A stretch of DNA of 64,000 nucleotides from Armatimonadota bacterium (GCA_963677485.1 OY781964.1:1408001-1472000); one strand, 5' to 3'. Numbered from the stretch's first letter, positions 19,472-30,185 are shown. Translations and numbers: made by a program. Notes: generated from the sequence alone by a model not told the origin.

Positions 19472-21025
19472 ATGAGCAGCGAACTCAGCCTGGACATCTG
19501 GGACTGGACCGCACCAGCAAAAGATCTGACGCTCTGGAAGACATGGTGCCAGGATTTTAAGCAGTTGGGCGGTACCCGCATCGAGTTGAGCGTGCCGTGG
19601 AGCACAATCGAACCCCAACCCGGACAGATCGAGCTAAGCTGGCTGAATGACCATCTGAGCATCTGCGAACAGCTTGGACTGGGTATGAGGCTGCGCATCA
19701 ACAGCTATTATGCGGGATGCGTGCCAGCCTGGTATGACGGCGACCTCTGGGTTGCGGCTCCTGGTCTGCCAGCTTGTCAGTTCAAGATGCCCTCCATCGC
19801 CGATGACCGCTTCTGGGCGCACTTTGGGCCGATCTGCACCGCCATCGCCAGTGCCGTGAAAGGCAAGGACGTGCTGTTGAATAGCTTCACCGGCGTCCAT
19901 GCCGAACTGAAGTTCGCGGACTGGTGGAGCTGGGACCCAAGTTGCCTGCGCATGTGGCAACAGGCCCTCAAGAAGCGGCCGATGTGGCTGAAGCGGATCT
20001 GCGGTAACGCCTCGCTGCCTCAAGTTCCGGTGCTCCCACCTCAGACCAATGGTCTGCCCGATATCTCAGCCGAAAGCCGGGCGACCATCGCCTGGCGCCA
20101 GCAACTCTGGAGGGATGCCACTCAGAGGTTCATCGCGGCCTGCCGCAAAGGCGACCCCAATGCCAAAATCAGTTGCCCGCTGGGAGAAAGCTTCCGCCGG
20201 CAGAGTGCATCGATGAGCAACCAGGACTACTGGGGCTGCACCCGCGACGCCAACCAGGTGGTGCATTCCTACGATTTTTTCTGGCACCCGGGCTCTACAC
20301 CCGTCTGGCATGTGCGCGCCGTCGTGCAGGCATTCCAGGGGATCACCCGACTGCCGGTCTGCTTCGAGTTCGACTCGCCGTTATCCATAGAAAACAACGG
20401 CTACACTGTACCGATCCAGAAGCGAGTGGCGGAAGAAGTGGTATCCACGGGTGGAGGTCTGAAAATGGCCAACTTCAGTTACTACAAAACACTGCCCAGC
20501 GAATATCCGCTGATTACACACAGCGGCCGGCTCGTGCGGAACCAGCAGCTCGAAGCACCAAAATGGAATGAGCCCAACACCATTCTGCTGCTGATGAGCA
20601 ACTGGGTGACCTATTGCTACCGTGAAGAATCCGAGTGGCTGCACGACGCCATGTTCGGCTGGTGGAAACTACTGACCGACGCCGGCTTCAACATCCGCAT
20701 CATCTGCGAGGAGAACCTGAGCGAGGAGCTGAGCAGATACCGCGGACTAGTGGTGCCCTATCTGCCCGATGGAGTGCTTCCCACCGACAGCATTAAGGCC
20801 CTGGGGGCGTTGACCATTCCACTTTTTGTGGAGCGCGCAACCGGTGCTTTCCAGCCCGAACAGCACGCCAAGGTAGGCTGGGTCACACCCGCATGGCAGC
20901 GCAGTGCGTTTGGTGCCGAGTGCCAAACCACGCTGCCCATCGGCTGGAGCTACTTGCACCATGAGGACGCCTCCCTTGCTCAGCAGATCGCCCGCGAATT
21001 CGAGCGTTTTGGCATGAAGCGATAG
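19472..21025 (+). CDS. GH42/beta-galactosidase-like hypothetical protein
   Basis: VPWSTIEPQPG N-terminal barrel motif and a C-terminal trimerisation-like (GATase-fold) segment. Confidence 0.5.
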   Translation: MSSELSLDIWDWTAPAKDLTLWKTWCQDFKQLGGTRIELSVPWSTIEPQPGQIELSWLNDHLSICEQLGLGMRLRINSYYAGCVPAWYDGDLWVAAPGLPACQFKMPSIADDRFWAHFGPICTAIASAVKGKDVLLNSFTGVHAELKFADWWSWDPSCLRMWQQALKKRPMWLKRICGNASLPQVPVLPPQTNGLPDISAESRATIAWRQQLWRDATQRFIAACRKGDPNAKISCPLGESFRRQSASMSNQDYWGCTRDANQVVHSYDFFWHPGSTPVWHVRAVVQAFQGITRLPVCFEFDSPLSIENNGYTVPIQKRVAEEVVSTGGGLKMANFSYYKTLPSEYPLITHSGRLVRNQQLEAPKWNEPNTILLLMSNWVTYCYREESEWLHDAMFGWWKLLTDAGFNIRIICEENLSEELSRYRGLVVPYLPDGVLPTDSIKALGALTIPLFVERATGAFQPEQHAKVGWVTPAWQRSAFGAECQTTLPIGWSYLHHEDASLAQQIAREFERFGMKR

Positions 21026-21081
21026 CCGAGGTGTTATTGGACGGATCGGCCTGATCCGTCCAACTTACCCACACAAAACCC

Positions 21082-23163
21082 CTACTCCCCGATGAAGAAC
21101 ACCACCTGAGCCTCGTTGGCAGCCATCTCCAAGGTCAGCTTCACACGGCCGTCAGGCAGCAGCTCCCAGCGGTCAGCCCCCTTCAGCTCACGCAGCTTCG
21201 TGGTGTCGATGGGCTGCGTGACATACACCACCTCGCCCCGGTTGGCGGTGAACAGCACCACCATGCCGGAAGCGCACTCCGGGTCGATCTTTTCGTATAC
21301 TTCCGGGCTGGTGCCGATCTGGCCGGTCAGCCGTGGATAGGAGCGGTTCACGGCATCCGCCACCTGCTTGTAGTCGTTGATGCCCGTTGACCACAACTCA
21401 ATATCCTCTGGCGTCAAGCTCAGCAAGTCGCCCCAGATGCCGTTTCCGCCCAGCAGCATCGAAGCAAGGCTGTTGCGCTGCGACAAAGCCGGTGCGTCCG
21501 GCAAATAGTGCGTGAGGAACAGGATCGACGGAATGAGCTCGTCATACTTCAAACCCTGACGGCAGATGCGCGGACGGGCCGCCCCCGGATGGAAAAACAC
21601 ATTGATGGTATTCGGCTCGATTTTGATGCGCGCGGGGATGTCGAAGTCGTGGTAGTATGGCCCGTTGTTCACCAGGAAATACTTGCCGACGGATAGGAAG
21701 CCCAATCCCATGAAACGCTGGCCCTCGGTGATATCAAAATCCACGATCACATCAGGGCGTTGGGCGGTGACCTCCTCCACGATCTGGATCATCCGCCGCC
21801 CCATCTCGTAGGCGTAGCAGTCCTGACGCTCTTCCGAGGTGTGGCTTTCATTGCCATGGTCGTGCAGAGGCGAGTCGCAGCCGTACTGCGAGATTCCGTC
21901 CCACTTGAAGTAACTCACGCCCAACTCATCGCGCAGCCGGATCATGGTCTGCACATAGTGCGGCACGTATCCCGAAGCCAGGCAGATCGCGCAACTTTGT
22001 TCTGTCTCCCACACCTCGCCGAAATCCCATGGCTTGCCGTTTTGGGTGATGACATATTCGGGGTGGCTCTGCATGATCCCGGAGCTGCGGGCGGCCACAA
22101 TCGGGTTGAACCACAGCCCAAGCTTCATGCCATACCCTTCCAGTCTGGCGCGCACCTCCTGCAGACCATCCGGGAAGCGTTGAAGGTTCACCAGCCAGTC
22201 ACCCGTCTTGGTGTACCAGCCGGTGTCGATCACATATACATCGATGCCCAGCTTGTGTGCGACGTCAATTTCCGCCAGGATGTGCTCAAGATGCATCGTC
22301 TCAAGGTACGGGCGGCCGTTGTAATAGCGGTTCCGCTCCTGGAAATTCCAGGTGTTGTAGAAGATATACGGCTTGCGCGACTCGCAGTTCTCGCTGATCT
22401 CCTCCAGCATGAACTGCCGGTAGCGGCGCAGCAAAGCCTCGCTGTCACCATCGACCAGGCCTAGCTCAAACCAGACCGTCTCAAAGCCACGACCCTCGTC
22501 TAGCCGAAGACCATCGTAGAAGTTGCCCTTCACGGCCTGTAGGCTGAGATTCTTCTCCTCCAGGCCTAGCTCAAACTGAAGGAAGCTGTTGGGCTGATCG
22601 GCACCATGCTCATACGCCAGCAGCAGGCTCTGTTTGGAGTCATTCAACACCACGATCGGCCCGGTGAGGTTCTGACCGTCATACAGCTCAGACCATTGGT
22701 ATCGGTGCTGCTGCGGCACATAGCAATGCACGGTGGGATCGAAATGCCCAAGCTGAATCTGCGTCAACTGCTCGCTAGGCGGCCACTCACTCAGCGCGAA
22801 GTAGCGCAGGTAGTCACTGCCGTCGTTCTTGGTCATACGGGCTGGAACGTCAGAATGGATGCGGTACCGGAAGCGCAGGAACGGCGAATCCTCAAACCCG
22901 CGAAGCTGAACATCCAGCCGGATGGGCACAGGCACGTCCACCGTAAAGTGCGCCACCCACTCCAGACCGCCATGCCGCAGTGCCCGAGGCTCCGAGCAGC
23001 CCTCGTATTTGAAGTCAAACACCACATGACCCTCCACCTCCAGGACCGGCGGCAGGATGTGGTATTGCTGTTTTGGTGCGCTCTCGGTCGCTGCGCAGAG
23101 CAACACACCCGGTTTCCCGAGCGTGATTTGCAGTTTTCCAACGGACAGCTTATGTGTGGTCAT
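21082..23163 (-). CDS. Alpha-galactosidase, GH36-like
   Basis: YNTW, VIDTGW, RFPDGL, GLWFNP, YFKWD motifs. Confidence 0.8.
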   Translation of the reverse strand: MTTHKLSVGKLQITLGKPGVLLCAATESAPKQQYHILPPVLEVEGHVVFDFKYEGCSEPRALRHGGLEWVAHFTVDVPVPIRLDVQLRGFEDSPFLRFRYRIHSDVPARMTKNDGSDYLRYFALSEWPPSEQLTQIQLGHFDPTVHCYVPQQHRYQWSELYDGQNLTGPIVVLNDSKQSLLLAYEHGADQPNSFLQFELGLEEKNLSLQAVKGNFYDGLRLDEGRGFETVWFELGLVDGDSEALLRRYRQFMLEEISENCESRKPYIFYNTWNFQERNRYYNGRPYLETMHLEHILAEIDVAHKLGIDVYVIDTGWYTKTGDWLVNLQRFPDGLQEVRARLEGYGMKLGLWFNPIVAARSSGIMQSHPEYVITQNGKPWDFGEVWETEQSCAICLASGYVPHYVQTMIRLRDELGVSYFKWDGISQYGCDSPLHDHGNESHTSEERQDCYAYEMGRRMIQIVEEVTAQRPDVIVDFDITEGQRFMGLGFLSVGKYFLVNNGPYYHDFDIPARIKIEPNTINVFFHPGAARPRICRQGLKYDELIPSILFLTHYLPDAPALSQRNSLASMLLGGNGIWGDLLSLTPEDIELWSTGINDYKQVADAVNRSYPRLTGQIGTSPEVYEKIDPECASGMVVLFTANRGEVVYVTQPIDTTKLRELKGADRWELLPDGRVKLTLEMAANEAQVVFFIGE

Positions 23164-23224
23164 TGTTAGTCCTTGATGCGTGTATTGATGGTATCGCTAT
23201 TGGGTTACAGCGGAGCAAATCCGG

Positions 23225-23510
23225 GAGGCTAACCGCCAGACCGGCGCGGTCTCAAGCCTTCGGTAACCGCTAGCCTACGCACAGACCGCCCCGGACTTAG
23301 CCAACCATATCCCGGATGTAACTACTCGGCCACGATCCCACGGGTTTAGTCACCCGCTGAACCGGGTTCCCTCACCGCGTGGCTGATTATTCGCGACCCG
23401 TAAGCGGGTGCGGGGGGCGTCCGGAACGCGTCCGCTTCAGCGGACAGCCAACTTATTAGCGATGGGTGACGAGGCCTGCTTTAGCAGGTTGATGGAACCC
23501 GTCGCTGATA
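23225..23510. repeat. Family A REP plus family C repeat
   Basis: Family A at 23225-23300. The 23340-23506 segment (cgcgtccgcttcagcggacagcc...gaggcctgctttagc...ggaacccgtcgc) recurs at 32843-33031. Confidence 0.75.
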
Positions 23511-23555
23511 GCTGGGAAGATACTTACTGACAAGATAAACGCGGTGGTCTTTCAT
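23481..23555 (-). pseudogene. Remnant 5' end of a HEPN (HepT/DUF86) toxin gene
   Basis: ATGA overlap with the MNT stop. Reads MKDHRVYLV, then runs into repeat DNA and stops after 24 codons. Confidence 0.55.
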
Positions 23556-23842
23556 ATCGGCTGTGCTTCTCGTAATATCCGGCGACGCAAAAGCCAGTAG
23601 ATCCCATCTTCTGTCACCACGTCTACTTTTCGGCCCAGCAGATCCTGGAGGTCAGCTAGCAGGCCTGCCTGATCGAGAAGACTGCGTCCTTTCTCCAGGC
23701 ACACCAGAAAGTCGATATCGCTCTCGTCGGTGTCCTCTCCACGCGCGACAGATCCAAACACCCGCATATTATACGCTCCATATAGAGAGCATAGCTTGAG
23801 GATGTCGTCACGTTTATGTTTGATGAGTTCTTGACCGCTCAT
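23552..23842 (-). CDS. Minimal nucleotidyltransferase (MNT/MntA antitoxin)
   Basis: VFGSVARGE...SDIDFLV, LLGRKVDVV. Confidence 0.9.
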   Translation of the reverse strand: MSGQELIKHKRDDILKLCSLYGAYNMRVFGSVARGEDTDESDIDFLVCLEKGRSLLDQAGLLADLQDLLGRKVDVVTEDGIYWLLRRRILREAQPI

Positions 23843-24555
23843 AAGATACTTCGCTTCCCATGCACTTGTTATACGACCATCTTAAGTGTACCGAAAATCC
23901 GGGTATGTAAAATAAAGCAGCAGTAAGGTTTCCTTCAATGCTCCTCTCCTGACTCCTCTACTCCTGCCTCCAGTCTCCTCCCCCGCCTAGTTGCTCTCGC
24001 GGCCCTCGACGGCAGCGATTAAAACCGCAGCGGCGATACCAAGCCTGCGGTCGAGTTTGCCGGACATATCTGCGGAGAAGTCTAGCTGGAGCTTCAGGGT
24101 GAAGGGGTTGAAGTTCTGCTGGAAAGTCAGCACAGGTATACCGTTCATATCACCCTGGAAACTCTGTGGTACGATATTGGTGAGGAACCTTCTGAGTAGG
24201 GCCAGCAACATGCTGTCTTCTATGATCGTGCCAATTTCGTTACCAGCTGGATCCAGTATCGTCCACTCATCCCTAAGCATGGACCTTAAGCCTCGTCTGC
24301 GCAGCGCGCCGATCGCCTGCCCTGAAATGGGATCCACTACGTCATAGGTAGCTGAGATGTCCAGCATCTGCCGTGCTTGAATCACGAGCACCTCATTCAG
24401 CTTATCTTCCCCGGTATACAGCTTGATATCTTCCTTCAACCTGAATGCTTTCAAACTGGCAAATAGCACCAAAGCACCGCTAGGGTCATAGATCCTGTAA
24501 GAACCTGAGCGGCACCCGAATTTTTACAGACAGAATATTAAGGTAAACTGAGTTC

Positions 24556-24984
24556 ATGAAGACACATCATTTGAATGATCCGGATCCGATGTCTGTTCCG
24601 ACGTCCGGGGTGGAAAGAGCCCCGGAAGGAGCGCGGAGCGCGACTGAAGGGGCGAGTTCCACCCCGGACGTAAATTTTTTACCGGAGAGCCGACGGTGGT
24701 CCTGCCGACGCAAACTTGAGGTGGTTCAACGCTTGATTGGCGGCGAATCCTTGGAGATCGTATCAAGGCAAATAGGTGTACCGATATATCAGATTGAGGA
24801 GTGGCGTGATAGAGCCCTGGCTGGCATGGAATCCGCTCTGAAGATACGTGTTCAAGATCCCTTAGAGCATCAGCTCAAAGAGGCCCAGCGACGTATCGGT
24901 GAGCAATCTATGGAGATTGAACTCCTATACGAGCGATGTCACCGGAGAGAAGCCCCTTTTACGCGGGGGAAATTACGGAAATGA
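24556..24984 (+). CDS. IS3 orfA (HTH)
   Basis: RWSCRRKLEVV...GESLEIVSRQIGV...WR helix-turn-helix plus leucine-zipper-like tail. Confidence 0.8.
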   Translation: MKTHHLNDPDPMSVPTSGVERAPEGARSATEGASSTPDVNFLPESRRWSCRRKLEVVQRLIGGESLEIVSRQIGVPIYQIEEWRDRALAGMESALKIRVQDPLEHQLKEAQRRIGEQSMEIELLYERCHRREAPFTRGKLRK

Positions 24985-25895
24985 GCACTGCCATTTCCCC
25001 CGCCACATGCGCTCACTATGGTGTAGAAAGGGTATGCCGAGTTTGGGAACAACCTCGCTCTACCTACTATATGCAAATCACAGAGGTTGTTCATCCTGCT
25101 TTAAGCACACCCAGGCTAAAGCGTGGACCCAAGACCTCCGTTTCCGATGATGAACTATTGGAAGCGATCAAGCTTGTAATCAATGGCTCTCCATTTCAAG
25201 GTGAAGGCTATAAGAAAATCCACGCGTCACTGCACTTTGGAGCACAGAAGTTGCGAGTGGGCAGGAACCGTGTGCTTCGGCTAATGCGTAACAATGAGCT
25301 TCTATCGCCTTATCGCAGACCTAAGGCAGATACTAATCAACACAATGGAACGATCATTACTGATGCTCCCAATATCATGTGGGGTACTGACGGCACACAG
25401 GTGCGGACGGTTGATGATGGAAATATCTGGATATTCAGTGCGGTAGAACACTGGAACGGTGAGTGCGTAGGCATATATGTCTGCAAACTCGGTACCCGGT
25501 TCAACGCCGTTCAACCTGTGCTTGAAGGGGTTCAGGCTATATATGGCAGCGTAGAGCGTGCTGTCGCCAACGGGCTTACTCTGAGACTCGACAACGGATC
25601 CGCAAATTGCTCCGATCACTTCCAGTATGAAATCAAGCGGCTAGGGATCACACCCAGCTTCAGCTATGTGCAACAGCCCCAGACAAATGGTGTGGTTGAG
25701 CGATTCAACCGGACACTAAAGGAACAGGTCATTTACGCACATGTATTTCAGAATGTCGACGAAGTGAGGGAAGCAGTGCTACAATTCAAACAGGAGTACA
25801 ATCGTTCGTGGCGATTGGAGAAGATGGGATTCAAAACGCCGCTTGAAACCCGCCAGTGCTTTGTAGAAGAGCACTCCATTACAACTGCGGCTTAA
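24981..25895 (+). CDS. IS3 orfB DDE transposase (rve)
   Basis: WGTDGT, LDNGS, QTNGVVERFNRTLKE. Confidence 0.88.
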   Translation: MSTAISPATCAHYGVERVCRVWEQPRSTYYMQITEVVHPALSTPRLKRGPKTSVSDDELLEAIKLVINGSPFQGEGYKKIHASLHFGAQKLRVGRNRVLRLMRNNELLSPYRRPKADTNQHNGTIITDAPNIMWGTDGTQVRTVDDGNIWIFSAVEHWNGECVGIYVCKLGTRFNAVQPVLEGVQAIYGSVERAVANGLTLRLDNGSANCSDHFQYEIKRLGITPSFSYVQQPQTNGVVERFNRTLKEQVIYAHVFQNVDEVREAVLQFKQEYNRSWRLEKMGFKTPLETRQCFVEEHSITTAA

Positions 25896-26246
25896 CACTA
25901 ACCCGTGTCTGTGTAACCGGGTGCGATACACTTCAGCATCTGCTTGCTCAACAGATAACTGGTGTGCCGGAATGGATTGGTGACACCCATGCTGCTGCCC
26001 ATACCGGAATAGTCGGTCATATTGATCTCCATCTTAATGCAGAATGTTATTTAGCTCATAGTCCGTAATGCTAAGGTGTTCCCCGGGCAGGCCCAGTCAA
26101 TGGAGCAACTTACAAAACAGGCTGCCTTGAACTCAGGAGCGGGTCTGACCCGTATGACATGTAAGACGAGTAGGACGAGTAAGACAAACGGGATACCTCC
26201 CGTCTCCTACTCTCCTCTCCTCCTCACTCCTGTCTCCTCGACGAGG

Positions 26247-27173
26247 CTACTTCAGCTCATTACCAGTAATTCGGCGGTAGGCCTCGTGGTATTTCGCGCT
26301 GGTCTCAGCCACCACATTGTCTGGCAGAGTGGGGGCTGGCGGGGTCTTATTCCAGCCGCAAGCTTCCAGCCAGTCGCGTAGGTACTGCTTGTCATAGCTG
26401 GGCTGGTTTTGGCCCGGTTTGTAGGTAGAGGCATCCCAGAAGCGGCTGCTGTCAGGCGTCAACGCTTCGTCAATCAACATCAACTCGCCCTCGGCGTCCA
26501 GACCGAACTCAAATTTCGTGTCTGCGATGATGATGCCACGCTCCGCGGCCAGCTCACGAGCGGTGCCGTAGATTCGCAGCGCACTATAGGCCAGCTCACG
26601 CGCCCGGTCACCGATGATCTCTTCGGCCTGCTCAAGGCTGATGTTGATATCGTGTCCCTCGTCGGCTTTAGTGCTGGGCGTAAAGAAGGGCTGTGCCAGG
26701 ATCTCGCTGTTCTTCATGCCAGCGGGAAGCTCTACGCCATGGATCGTCACCTTCTGAGTCTCGCCACCGGCGGCCAGATACTCTTTATACAGCGACCCAG
26801 CCAGGTAGCCGCGTACGATGCACTCCACGGGGAAGGGCTTGGCCTTAAAGACCAGCATGCTGCGACCTTCGAGCATCGCGGCGGTCTGAGCATCCACATG
26901 ACCACCGGCCTTTTCGATTTGCGGGGTCATGGTGGCCACGTCGCAGGTGATATAGTGGTTTCGAATCACGTGTTCGGTCTTCTCAAACCAGAATTTGCTG
27001 AACTGGGTCAGCACAGCCCCCTTGCCAGGGATGCCGTTGGGCATTACCACGTCGAAAGCACTGATCCGGTCGCTCACAACAATCAGCACGGTGTCGCCGA
27101 GGTCATACATATCGCGGACCTTGCCGCGGACATAAGGCGTAAGCCCGGGGATTTCAGACTGAAGCACGATCAT
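26247..27173 (-). CDS. purC: SAICAR synthase
   Basis: RGKVRDMY, SDRISAFD, PVECIVRGY, IADTKFEFG, LTPDSSRFW, SYDKQ. Confidence 0.96.
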   Translation of the reverse strand: MIVLQSEIPGLTPYVRGKVRDMYDLGDTVLIVVSDRISAFDVVMPNGIPGKGAVLTQFSKFWFEKTEHVIRNHYITCDVATMTPQIEKAGGHVDAQTAAMLEGRSMLVFKAKPFPVECIVRGYLAGSLYKEYLAAGGETQKVTIHGVELPAGMKNSEILAQPFFTPSTKADEGHDINISLEQAEEIIGDRARELAYSALRIYGTARELAAERGIIIADTKFEFGLDAEGELMLIDEALTPDSSRFWDASTYKPGQNQPSYDKQYLRDWLEACGWNKTPPAPTLPDNVVAETSAKYHEAYRRITGNELK

Positions 27174-27216
27174 GCTGGGTCTCCTTATCGGTTATATATA
27201 GTGTTTACTGACTTCT

Positions 27217-28587
27217 TTAGTTATTCAAGCTATGGATCGGCGCGGGGATATGCCCTCCCATGCGCACGAACTCTTCGCTGCCCGTGGGGGCCATCGCCAT
27301 AATCGGGCTTTCGCCAAACAGACCGCCGAACACCGCTCGGTCGCCCGCCTTCTTACCCGGCACAGGAATAAGCCGCACCGAGGTAGTTTTGCGGTTGATC
27401 ACACCGATGGACAGCTCATCCAGCGTCAGACCCGCCAGCGCCTCCGCCGGTGTATCGCCAGGCACGGCGACCATATCCAGGCCCACCGAGCAGACGCTGG
27501 TCATCGCTTCCAGTTTTCCCAGCTCCAGATAGCCCAGTTGGGCAGCCTCAGCAAGGGCGGCATCCTCGGCGACCGGAATGAAGGCACCTGAAAGTCCGCC
27601 CACTCGCGAGGAGGCAAACGCGCCGCCTTTTTTCACCGCATCATTCAACATCGCCAGAGCCGCGGTAGTGCCTGGGCAGCCGATTCGGCTGATGCCCATC
27701 GCCTGGAATATCTCACCCACACTGTCACCCACCTCAGGGGTCGGCGCCAGGCTGAGGTCCACGATGCCGAACTCCACACCGGACAGCCGTGCCACCTCGC
27801 GCCCAATGAGCTCACCGCAACGTGTCACTCGGAAGGCGGTGCTCTTGATCTCCTCAGCCAAAGCGCCAAGGTCACATCGGCTGCTGCGCTGGCGGAGGCG
27901 CTCAATGGCCCGCTTCACCACGCCAGGGCCGCTGACGCCGATGTTGACAACCACTTCCGGTTCACCGATGCCCTTATAAGCACCCGCCATGAAGGGGTTA
28001 TCCTCGGGCATGTTCGCAAACACGCTCAGCTTGCAGCACGCAAAGCCATCTGTGTCGGCGGTGAGTTCGGCAGCCTGTTTCAGCACATGACCCAGCAGCA
28101 GAACCGCATCCACATTAATACCCGCCTTCGTGCTGGCGGCATTCACAGACGCGCAGATTCGGCTGGTCTGGCTGAGCACCGCGGGCAGGCTTTCGATCAG
28201 CATACGGTCGCCCTTGCTCATGCCCTTTTGCACCATGGCGCTGTATCCGCCGATGATGTCAATACCCGCCTGCTCCGCCGCTTCCTGTAACGCGAAGGCG
28301 GCCTGCAGCAGCTCATCCGGACCGTGACCGGCCAGTATGTCCGCCATCGGACTGACCGCCACACGCTTGTTCACGATGGGGATGCCGTAGGTGCTGCTCA
28401 CTTTTCGGCAGATGTCAGGCAGGGGTGATGCCAGTCTGATGATCTTCTCTTTCATCAGCCGGCAGCAAGTGTCGATGTTGCGGTCGGTGCAGTCGAACAG
28501 GTCGATTCCCATATTCACCGCGCGCACATCCAGGTGTTCATCCTGCAGCATGGCGATCATGCGCAGCACATCGTCTTGCGCTCTCAT
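27217..28587 (-). CDS. PFL-like DUF711 (UPF0210) family protein
   Basis: LDVRAVNMGI, IPIVNKR, EDNPFMAGA, VDLSLAPTP, EAMTSVCSVGLDM. Confidence 0.9.
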   Translation of the reverse strand: MRAQDDVLRMIAMLQDEHLDVRAVNMGIDLFDCTDRNIDTCCRLMKEKIIRLASPLPDICRKVSSTYGIPIVNKRVAVSPMADILAGHGPDELLQAAFALQEAAEQAGIDIIGGYSAMVQKGMSKGDRMLIESLPAVLSQTSRICASVNAASTKAGINVDAVLLLGHVLKQAAELTADTDGFACCKLSVFANMPEDNPFMAGAYKGIGEPEVVVNIGVSGPGVVKRAIERLRQRSSRCDLGALAEEIKSTAFRVTRCGELIGREVARLSGVEFGIVDLSLAPTPEVGDSVGEIFQAMGISRIGCPGTTAALAMLNDAVKKGGAFASSRVGGLSGAFIPVAEDAALAEAAQLGYLELGKLEAMTSVCSVGLDMVAVPGDTPAEALAGLTLDELSIGVINRKTTSVRLIPVPGKKAGDRAVFGGLFGESPIMAMAPTGSEEFVRMGGHIPAPIHSLNN

Positions 28588-29153
28588 ACGGCCCCCTCCA
28601 TCAACTCGGTGACGGGCATCACCTGGCTGGTGACGGTGAACACATTCTGGTGCATCAACTGCACGCTGAAGGCATATTCACGCCCCAGGGCTTCGAGGTC
28701 GTTTTTCACGCTCTCCACATCCACATCTGCGGGGATGGTCACCAGTCCGGTGACCAGGAACTCCGCGTCGGTGGCGTAGGCGTTGAAGTCCTCGATGTTG
28801 ACGCCCCTCTGCGCGAGGTAGCTGCTGGCTTTCAACAGCATGCCGGGCACTTGATGGGTGCGTAGCGTTAGCGTGAAAGGCTCCCCCTGGCAGACTACGG
28901 GTACTCCCTCCACAAACGGTCGCACATTTACTTCAAATTCACCCACCTGTCCATTGCGTTCAATGCTCTGGCGGACCATCAAAGGGGTGCAGGAATCCGG
29001 TAACTGCGCGGACAGGATGAGGGTGAAATACCCCCTGAGCACCGTCTGGCTGGCATGGGTGATGTTGCCCTGAAGCTCCGCAAGGCCCGCGCTGACATCG
29101 CGAACGATGCCCGCGCGGTCAGACGCCATCACGGTGACTATATATTCGGTCAT
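28584..29153 (-). CDS. Tandem ACT-domain (GcvR-like) protein
   Basis: TVMASDRAGIV and a second ACT repeat. This is the usual partner of DUF711. Confidence 0.85.
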   Translation of the reverse strand: MTEYIVTVMASDRAGIVRDVSAGLAELQGNITHASQTVLRGYFTLILSAQLPDSCTPLMVRQSIERNGQVGEFEVNVRPFVEGVPVVCQGEPFTLTLRTHQVPGMLLKASSYLAQRGVNIEDFNAYATDAEFLVTGLVTIPADVDVESVKNDLEALGREYAFSVQLMHQNVFTVTSQVMPVTELMEGAV

Positions 29154-29379
29154 TATGTTCTCTTTTCAATTGCATACTTACAGATACATTTTACAGACAA
29201 ACCGCTTCAAGCGCAGAGACGGGCATTACTGATGCATAGTCCGCTAGATTGGTGTGCTGTACTTAATAAGCCGTAATGCAAACCGACCACCATTGTATAG
29301 ATAAATAACGTGAAGGTATAATCACATTGAGCAGTGAAGCTAAACGTAACCAATATTTTCATATTAGAGGTGATATTTC

Positions 29380-30162
29380 ATGCGCAGCACTTTGATTACG
29401 ATACTCATCGGGACAACGCTCTGCAGTATTTGTATGGCACAACCTGTAGTCACTACCGATAAAGTTGGCTCAGACAGGACCAATATGGAGCTGTATCGGG
29501 CCACCAACAAGGAATTAGGAAGCAAACAGAAGGCCGTTAAGAATTTCATAAAAGCGATGGCAAGCGGCGAATCAACAAAAGTGAAAGAATGTATCTGGCC
29601 GGTAAAGAAAGCTCCGCAGATAATAGATAAGCATTATTTAGCTTCAGATACGGGCCTTCGCTATATATCCGAGCTGCTGGTTACCGATGTAGATAGTGAT
29701 GCCCTTTTGATCAAGCCCTGGGTTCAGTGGAAGGGAGCTATGATGCTCATCTTGCCTGTTCATGGTGCGCTTATGCTTGTAGCCCCAACGGATAACGAGA
29801 CACGCGAAGACGGGTATAAATCAACCTTTGTACCGATTGAGATGGGTGAATACGCGTATATGTTGGTTCAACCTAAAGTAAAGCTGGCTGGATCATGGAG
29901 CAAACTGCCGGAGCAGTTTTCATCCTATGGTATTGCTGTCGCTTTAGAGAAGCGGAACAACGTCTGGAAGGTCGATGCCTTTCAAACTGACCTCAACCTT
30001 CGGTTCTATTCGACAAAGGTCGCAAATATGATGCAGTATGCAGATGGCCCAGCCTACGGACTTATCGATCCAGATCCGAAGAACCCGGATATGGACAAAT
30101 GGTTTCCGGTCATTCACGGAATGGAATCAGAACATATAGTTGATGACAAGCCATCAAAGTAG
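29380..30162 (+). CDS. Hypothetical secreted protein
   Basis: GAGGTG RBS and signal peptide. No family recognised. Confidence 0.65.
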   Translation: MRSTLITILIGTTLCSICMAQPVVTTDKVGSDRTNMELYRATNKELGSKQKAVKNFIKAMASGESTKVKECIWPVKKAPQIIDKHYLASDTGLRYISELLVTDVDSDALLIKPWVQWKGAMMLILPVHGALMLVAPTDNETREDGYKSTFVPIEMGEYAYMLVQPKVKLAGSWSKLPEQFSSYGIAVALEKRNNVWKVDAFQTDLNLRFYSTKVANMMQYADGPAYGLIDPDPKNPDMDKWFPVIHGMESEHIVDDKPSK

Positions 30163-30185
30163 GATCGGCTTGATACCAGTTTGCT

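Larger units (their letters stand above)
24506..25930 (+). mobile_element. IS3-family insertion sequence (1425 bp)
   Basis: TG...CA ends with imperfect IRs (tgagcggcacccg...acagaca / tgtct...cgggtgcgataca). orfA and orfB overlap at ATGA. Confidence 0.85.
23987..26020 (-). pseudogene. LURP-one/scramblase-like gene interrupted by IS3 (5' part 25931-26020, 3' part 23987-24505)
   Basis: GGAG RBS and ATG at 26020 give MTDYSG...YLLSKQMLK, which joins in frame to GSYRIYDP...KAFRLKEDI after the IS is removed. Confidence 0.75.

Noticed and set aside
23941-26245. Pyrimidine-rich simple repeats (ctcct motifs at 23941-23985 and 26195-26240) and acagat/acggat-type repeats near 39016-39075 and 41026-41432
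   Set aside because: Low-complexity intergenic motifs for which no specific function can be supported from the sequence.
29154-29379. Purine or ZTP riboswitch upstream of the ACT-DUF711-purC operon
   Set aside because: No recognisable conserved riboswitch motif was seen by eye.
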